32,000 bases of DNA from contig NZ_LT934425.1 in the NCBI RefSeq assembly GCF_900232105.1, positions 4,170,001-4,202,000 on the forward strand. The letters are read 5' to 3'. The notes under the pieces were generated by a model. That model was given only the letters and a program-made list of their open reading frames with translations. It was not told the origin of the DNA and did not search any database. The number at the start of each line of letters is the position of its first letter. Position 1 is the first letter of the stretch. This stretch comes from Candidatus Kuenenia stuttgartensis (GTDB lineage: Bacteria > Planctomycetota > Brocadiia > Brocadiales > Brocadiaceae). The position numbers and the translations under genes are program-made. Positions 18,043-23,404 of this stretch are shown here, one piece after another.

Positions 18043-18319
18043 CTACAACCTTCACTAATTTTTCACGGATAAGTTCATGAATAAGTTTCAGTACACTTTC
18101 TCTGGCCTTTTCAGGTAAAACATCAAATTCATTTTGAATTATTTCGCTTATCTCTCCAGCCGTAAGACCGCTACTGAGCATTTGCCAGATCCGCAGTCCT
18201 GTTTCATTTAAGGTGAAGTACATCTTCGTGCCCAGATGGAGAAGGACGGCCTCTTTGCCCTCTAATTCAGTAATAACAACATCAGGGTCAGGCGTTACCC
18301 TATAATTTAACTCCAGCAT
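18035..18319 (-). CDS. PqqD-family RiPP recognition element (lasso B1-like)
   Basis: 94 aa. VVITELEGKEAVLLHLGTKMYFTLNETGLRIWQMLSSGLTAGEISEIIQNEFDV...VLKLIHELIREKLV matches the PqqD/RRE pattern. The strong RBS aaaggaggt lies upstream. Confidence 0.85.
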   Translation of the reverse strand: MLELNYRVTPDPDVVITELEGKEAVLLHLGTKMYFTLNETGLRIWQMLSSGLTAGEISEIIQNEFDVLPEKARESVLKLIHELIREKLVKVVDG

Positions 18320-18376
18320 CTTTTATCAACCTCCTTTTCAGTATTTCTCGTAATTATTCAATATGAAGTGAAAGAC

Positions 18377-18448
18377 CTCCCATCCCTTCCTATCTGCGAA
18401 GGAGGGGAGATAAGAAGTCCCCCCTTCAAGAGGGGATTTAGGAGTGTG
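18377..18448. repeat. GC-rich double hairpin repeat (copy 3) in the rSAM-PqqD spacer
   Basis: ctcccatcccttcctatctgcgaaggaggggag ... tccccccttcaagaggggatttaggagtgtg. It has two stem-loops plus a GGGGATTTAGGAGTG tail related to GGGATTAAGGGGTGG. Confidence 0.45.
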
Positions 18449-18464
18449 TTTAATAATCTTGATA

Positions 18465-19496
18465 TTATGCAAATATCACTTCCGTCCAAACCATGCGAGA
18501 CCAGGGGTTTCCCGAAAACTCTTTCAGCCAGTCTACCTTCTTAAAATAATTCAAACAGAACCAACAGGGAAAATAATCTGAATCTCTAAATTTACCATTG
18601 CTGTAGTGTTCAAGCTTCTCTTTTTGAAATTTCCCACTAGCCTCAACCAAACTTACATAAGCCTCAGAAAAACTCATCTCATTCAAATTGCCTATTATAT
18701 CATCGTTTCCCACATCTTCTCCATGTCCCGATAAATTACAGCACATGGTGACATTGCCTCGCCAGTCGATGTTAATCTCTTCCATTTTAAGCGAAGCGCA
18801 AGGAAAGAGTTCGGTCGTATAGTATCCCGATGCCATAACAATAGGAATGGAAAATGTTTTCTGGAGCTGACAGATGATAGTTTCTGTTTGCCTTCTTTCT
18901 ATCGGCGAAATGTCCATATTTTCTGATACGATTCGGGGAGTTGAAATAAGATGGCCAAGCCTGAGTCCCCGGCCTCCCAGTTTTGCTGCAAGCATGGCTA
19001 TTTCATTTAATTCACCCCGACTGTGGGACGTAATGACCGTATTGAAGGTGAAGGGAATATCTTTTACCACGCAAATGCTTACTGCCTGCATCACCCGGCG
19101 ATACGAACCCTTTCCACGAAGCATGTCATGTGTTTCCTCCCTTGCACCTTCTAAACTAAAGGTAATTCCAGTAAGACTATTAAGATGCGGGAGCAACTTC
19201 TCATAAATTCGGGTAAAATTCCAACCATTTGTTACAAAGCCAAAGTTATATCCAGCTTCTGATACCATCGTGAGCATCTCGGTAAATCCGGGATGCAACG
19301 TTGGCTCTCCGCCAGTAAAGGAGATGTAATCAAAGCCATGCCCCCTGGCATTCCGGAGAATTCTTTCTAAGATTTCTATTTTCAGGTCTCCGTCACCACT
19401 ATGCCTTCCATCAAGGCAATGATGGCAACTTAAATTACAGCGATTGGTAAGTTCTATCAATATTCCCGGCATTGTAGTATTACTGTATAAAAGCAT
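18465..19496 (-). CDS. Radical SAM enzyme with a C-terminal SPASM/twitch-type auxiliary cluster domain (peptide-modifying type)
   Basis: CNLSCHHC is the CX3CX2C radical SAM motif, and FTGGEPTL is the SAM-binding GGE motif. At the C-terminus, CASLKMEEINIDWRGNVTMC fits CX9-15GX4C and is followed by CWFC (CX2C). The remaining SPASM cysteines are absent, so the domain looks twitch-like. Confidence 0.85.
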   Translation of the reverse strand: MLLYSNTTMPGILIELTNRCNLSCHHCLDGRHSGDGDLKIEILERILRNARGHGFDYISFTGGEPTLHPGFTEMLTMVSEAGYNFGFVTNGWNFTRIYEKLLPHLNSLTGITFSLEGAREETHDMLRGKGSYRRVMQAVSICVVKDIPFTFNTVITSHSRGELNEIAMLAAKLGGRGLRLGHLISTPRIVSENMDISPIERRQTETIICQLQKTFSIPIVMASGYYTTELFPCASLKMEEINIDWRGNVTMCCNLSGHGEDVGNDDIIGNLNEMSFSEAYVSLVEASGKFQKEKLEHYSNGKFRDSDYFPCWFCLNYFKKVDWLKEFSGNPWSRMVWTEVIFA

Positions 19497-19763
19497 CTCT
19501 TCAGCGTAAATATTACACGATTCCCAACGGTTTCAGGTTTACAACCGTTCGGCTGGGCTCACGACGAAGCCTGAACCTATCTGTAATTTATTTGTCATTT
19601 GTTCTGCTAATAGAAGGCTGGATTGAAAGTATAAAACATTTGGTTCAGGTTACAAACCTGATAATCATATAGAAGGCACCTCCGAGCGCACTCTTCATGG
19701 TAAAATGGAGGATACCGTGAAAGGCGATTGTTAAATAATAACAAAGTAAGGAGGGAGCGAGCA

Positions 19764-20780
19764 ATGGGATATTTCGTAGGAATAGATTTACATGGTGATA
19801 ATAATTATATTGGAATACTCGATGAGGAGGATCGGAAGGTATTCAAGAGGAGAAACCGTAATGACATCAATGAAATAAAGCGCGTATTAGAGCCATACAA
19901 AAAAGAAATAAAGGGTATAGTAGTAGAATCGACCTTTAACTGGTACTGGATAGTGGATGGTCTGATGGAGGCAGGCTATCAGGTACACCTGGCAAATACA
20001 TCGGCAATGCAGCAGTATGAGGGATTAAAGTACATTGACGACACGAGGGATTCGTTTTGGTTGGCAAAGATGTTACGGTTAAAGATATTACCAGAGGGAT
20101 ATATTTATCCCAAAGAGACGCGGTCAGTGAGGGATTTACTGAGGAAGCGGATGATGTTGGTACAACAAAGGACAGCGCATATATTGAGTATGCAAACGAT
20201 GGTAAACCGTAACAAAGGAGTACCGATAAGCGGTGATACGATAAAGAAGCTGAGTAACGAAGAGGTAATGGGGATGTTCAGCGACGTGCATTTGACCATG
20301 TCAGCACAGTGCGATCACGAGGTAATAGAGGTATTAAATAAGCAGATATACAAGATAGAGAAAGCGGTATTAAAGGAGGTGAAGCTAAAGAAGCCGTATA
20401 AGAAATTGCTCAAGGTGCCAGGGATAGGCGAAATCCTGGCAATGACGATAATGCTGGAGACTGGGAACATAGAGCGATTTAGTGATGTGGGGATGTATTC
20501 ATCTTATTGCAGATGCGTATCGGCAAAAAAATTATCGAATGGTAAGAGCAAAGGGAAAGGAAACCGTAAGAACGGGAATAAATACCTTGCGTGGGCGTAT
20601 GTGGAGGCAGCGCATTTTCACGTAAGATTTTGCGAAAAGGGAAGGAAATGGCATCAGAGGAAGGCGTCAAAGAGCCATGTAGTTCTGGCAACGAAAGCCT
20701 TGAGCAATAAGCTGGCCAGGGCATGTTATTACATAATAAAGGAGCAAGTAAACTACGACGAGAAAAAAATGTTTGGGTAG
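19764..20780 (+). CDS. IS110-family DEDD (RuvC-like) transposase/recombinase
   Basis: The N-terminus MGYFVGIDLHGDNNYIGILD...VVESTFNWYWIVDGL is the DEDD_Tnp_IS110 pattern. The C-terminal domain (LLKVPGIGEILAMTIMLETGNIERFSDVGMYSSYCRCV...KGNRKNGNKYLAWAYVEAA) carries the conserved Ser-containing Tnp region. The ATG at 19764 with RBS aaggaggga is preferred over the TTG at 19728. Confidence 0.88.
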   Translation: MGYFVGIDLHGDNNYIGILDEEDRKVFKRRNRNDINEIKRVLEPYKKEIKGIVVESTFNWYWIVDGLMEAGYQVHLANTSAMQQYEGLKYIDDTRDSFWLAKMLRLKILPEGYIYPKETRSVRDLLRKRMMLVQQRTAHILSMQTMVNRNKGVPISGDTIKKLSNEEVMGMFSDVHLTMSAQCDHEVIEVLNKQIYKIEKAVLKEVKLKKPYKKLLKVPGIGEILAMTIMLETGNIERFSDVGMYSSYCRCVSAKKLSNGKSKGKGNRKNGNKYLAWAYVEAAHFHVRFCEKGRKWHQRKASKSHVVLATKALSNKLARACYYIIKEQVNYDEKKMFG

Positions 20781-20964
20781 CAAGCAGATTAGGTGGTGCA
20801 AGGAACCGGTTGCGGGTTAGGTAACCAATCCATGAAACCTGATTGGAAGTTGTTCCACCTTTTATTATGAGTTGTGCCGGTAAAGGAATCGGCGAAAAAG
20901 AATATTCCATTCTGATCTGCCCATACCATGAGCCGTGAGGTTTTGGCCGTAGAGCCGAATATTC

Positions 20965-21556
20965 TGTGAATAACGATTGGACACTGGTATGGAACCGATG
21001 GTTTTCTGGGACAGAAGATAAGTCAGGGGCGGTGAGAAAGTCTTTCACAAAGCCTTGATCCCGATGGGTGAATGGTGCGGATGAGAACGATACCAAAACA
21101 ATTGCGAAATACCACGGGCGTAGATAAACGTGAACGGTATAGTCATTTTCGTAAACAGCAGTAAGAGCGATTCCGTACTTGGAGGGGTATTCAAAACGTG
21201 AAAATGTAGATATTTTTGCGACCGGAGATATTTTGTCCTTGACAAAAGCCTTCTAATGAGTGTGAATAACGATTGGACACTGGTATGGAACCGATGGTTT
21301 TCTGGGACAGAAGATAAGTCAGGGGCGGTGAGAAAGTCTTTCACAAAGCCTTGATCCCGATGGGTGAATGGTGCGGATGAGAACGATACCAAAACAATTG
21401 CGAAATACCACGGGCGTAGATAAACGTGAACGGTATAGTCATTTTCGTAAACAGCAGTAAGAGCGATTCCGTACTTGGAGGGGTATTCAAAACGTGAAAA
21501 TGTAGATATTTTTGCGACCGGAGATATTTTGTCCTTGACAAAAGCCTTCTAATGAG
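20965..21556. repeat. Perfect tandem duplication, 2 x 296 bp, in the 3' non-coding region of the IS110-family element
   Basis: Unit 20965-21260 (tgtgaataacgattggacactgg...ccttgacaaaagccttctaatgag) is repeated at 21261-21556 with no mismatch that I could find by eye. The three overlapping minus-strand ORFs beginning MVSFSSAPFTHRDQGF are its translation artefacts. Confidence 0.9.
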
Positions 21557-21687
21557 TGAACCCGCGAAAGTATCTATGCAGCGTAAACGACGCACGGCTC
21601 GTTCCAAAACCTTGTACTAAACATAGTGAAGTATCCAGTTTGGGAATGCTTATGGATAAGCCTCCTGGATTTTCTACGCAGACAATT

Positions 21688-21721
21688 CCACCCCCTTAAT
21701 CCCCCGCCAGCGGGGGACAGG
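21688..21721. repeat. GC-rich hairpin repeat (copy 4, tail on the minus strand)
   Basis: ccacccccttaatcccccgccagcgggggacagg. The stem is CCCCCGC/GCGGGGG and the reverse-complement tail is GGGGGATTAAGGGGGTGG. Confidence 0.45.
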
Positions 21722-21924
21722 CTTGCCACGTCTCTTGCAGCTTTCATGTCGGGGGCATTCCCGGTTTTTTGTGACTTCTGCCATGTCTTAATGAAATGTA
21801 CAGTAGTATCAACCCTGTCAGAGTTGTTTTACCTGTGTTACGTGTGTTCCGTGGTTCCGTTTGAAACCCTGGCCACATGAACGGTTACAAAAAATCGGGA
21901 ATGCTCCTATTTGTGTCTTGGTAG

Positions 21925-22911
21925 CTAAACAATTAAACCTGATAAAATTTCTGAAATTCTCTCCGGCTCTTCATACAAATCGCGTCCTGCAAGGAGTTCG
22001 TAACTATCTGACTGAGATACAAGCCGCTTAATGGCCTCTAAATGTACATTGACCGCCTGACGTTTAAAAAATAGCGATGAACTTTGCCTCATCAATCTTA
22101 TAAAAGCAGTTGTTTTATCTACGGGTATCAACATACTCTCAGGTTGAAGAACTATTTGGGTGTAAATCAATACCTTTGGAAAACAGCTTGGTTGAAATCG
22201 ACCGGGGTAGACCGATTCTACATCTAAAAATCGTTTTGTATGGTTTCCCATTGCTGATCCCTTAAGATGAGGATCTATTTCAGGGAATTGCCGGGACAAG
22301 GCAGGATCAAGATAAAAATGCTTCCGAAAGGCCAGGGATTCTATCCCGTCCGCAGATGATCTAAGAAAAAGGGCATCGTCTGAGACATAGTGCCAGCCCT
22401 GACTGACCAAACTAAGGGCAGTGCTGGATTTTCCGCTCCCTGACTCCCCTAAAAACAGATAGCCCATCCCATCCCTGACAAGCCCGGCAGCATGAAGGTC
22501 GTAGAAACCCCGGGAAGAAAGGAGATGGATAAGGCCGACAAGAAAGAAGTTATACTTCGATAAAGGAGGTTTTTCCTTAAAAGAGCGATGAAGGGTTACG
22601 AGCCCTGTTCCCGCTTGAAGTTGGAGCTGAAAAACGGATAATCCGTCGGTGAGGTAAACGTGACCATCTGCCTCGTAAATCGAAGAATCATAGCCGTTGA
22701 GTGGTTGTGATGCCGTATATGGGATATGCGAGGGGACATCTGTCGCTACGAATTTCAATTCAATGTGAGCAGGCTTACCGCCATTGTATATTTGAGTAAA
22801 GGGGAAGGAATAGAAGAACTGCTCAATTTCATATCCAATCCCTTCCCCTTTCCACTGAACCCCAACGGTTATTTCGTATAAAGAATAGAAATTAACCCCT
22901 GCTTCAGTCAT
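21925..22911 (-). CDS. HPr kinase/phosphorylase C-terminal-domain-like kinase (lasso/RiPP precursor kinase type)
   Basis: 328 aa. LHAAGLVRDGMGYLFLGESGSGKSSTALSLVSQGWHYVSDDALFL is the HprK-like P-loop region, as in kinases that phosphorylate lasso precursor peptides. Confidence 0.75.
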   Translation of the reverse strand: MTEAGVNFYSLYEITVGVQWKGEGIGYEIEQFFYSFPFTQIYNGGKPAHIELKFVATDVPSHIPYTASQPLNGYDSSIYEADGHVYLTDGLSVFQLQLQAGTGLVTLHRSFKEKPPLSKYNFFLVGLIHLLSSRGFYDLHAAGLVRDGMGYLFLGESGSGKSSTALSLVSQGWHYVSDDALFLRSSADGIESLAFRKHFYLDPALSRQFPEIDPHLKGSAMGNHTKRFLDVESVYPGRFQPSCFPKVLIYTQIVLQPESMLIPVDKTTAFIRLMRQSSSLFFKRQAVNVHLEAIKRLVSQSDSYELLAGRDLYEEPERISEILSGLIV

Positions 22912-23131
22912 CTCAACTTCTTATCCTCCCAACCTCTCATCTTCCTATCTTCCCATCCTCTTTTTTATGAGTTTACTTATTATAACTAAATAAAGGCCAA
23001 CAATATAATTTACCATAATAAGTTGCTTTTATTTATCCTGAGGGAAACGAAGGATCTTTCAGAGAAGACCCTTTGCGTTGTCATGGGTAAATGAAACCTT
23101 ACATTATGATAAAATATTTCTTTATTTTCAT

Positions 23132-23308
23132 TTACGGTGTAAAGGTACCAAATAGCCCATTGCCGGTAATTTTGGTTGCATCCCCGTGTTTCGTAAGCTT
23201 TGGTTCTACGAAGGTTAATTTGGGTTCTGCAAAAGGCTTCCTGGCGTGAGAATCACCTATCCCTGTAACTACCTGGCCTATGTGTCCTGCTGAAATTTTT
23301 TCTAACAT
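23132..23308 (-). CDS. Candidate RiPP precursor peptide (58 aa), absent from the ORF track because it is below 60 aa
   Basis: MLEKISAGHIGQVVTGIGDSHARKPFAEPKLTFVEPKLTKHGDATKITGNGLFGTFTP. The RBS AGGAGA lies 7 nt upstream of the ATG, and an in-frame stop lies directly upstream. Residues 33-48 (FVEPKLTKHGDATKIT) fit the lasso leader motif Y/F-xx-P-x-L-xxx-G-xxxxx-T exactly. The gene lies directly upstream of the kinase on the same strand. Confidence 0.65.
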   Translation of the reverse strand: MLEKISAGHIGQVVTGIGDSHARKPFAEPKLTFVEPKLTKHGDATKITGNGLFGTFTP

Positions 23309-23404
23309 TTTTCATTCTCCTATCATTGTTTTTTGTGAAGAATAACCACAGGGTACGCAGGGTATTTCTCCGTGCACCCTTCTGTGTTCAAAACATATTT
23401 CTGA

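Larger units (their letters stand above)
19500..21600 (+). mobile_element. IS110-family insertion sequence; boundaries are approximate
   Basis: It holds the transposase CDS plus about 270 bp of 5' and more than 800 bp of 3' non-coding sequence. It sits on the opposite strand to, and between, two genes of the minus-strand cluster. The family lacks classical TIRs, so the ends cannot be fixed by eye. Confidence 0.45.

Noticed and set aside
16235-19496. Calling the locus a classical lasso peptide biosynthetic cluster because B1 (PqqD) and B2 homologues are present
   Set aside because: No asparagine-synthetase-like cyclase ORF exists anywhere in the window. The candidate core (NGLFGTFTP) is too short and has no Asp or Glu for isopeptide ring closure. 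It is reported instead as a lasso-derived leader-processing module in a different, radical-SAM-based context.
20965-21556. Possible CRISPR array or satellite
   Set aside because: There are only two copies of a long 296-bp unit with no spacers, which does not fit CRISPR geometry. It is a simple tandem duplication.
20479-21607. Three overlapping minus-strand ORFs (205, 115 and 88 aa) that share the N-terminus MVSFSSAPFTHRDQGFVKDF...
   Set aside because: Their similarity is fully explained by the 296-bp tandem duplication being read in the same frame. They have no RBS, overlap each other and the transposase 3' end, and have odd composition. Treated as non-coding.
21626-21880. 84-aa plus-strand ORF (MKYPVWECLW...PLNPPPAGDRL...)
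   Set aside because: It spans the GC-rich hairpin repeat and the 18-bp inverted-repeat arm. The Pro/Gly stretch is the repeat read as protein. No RBS and no recognisable domain.
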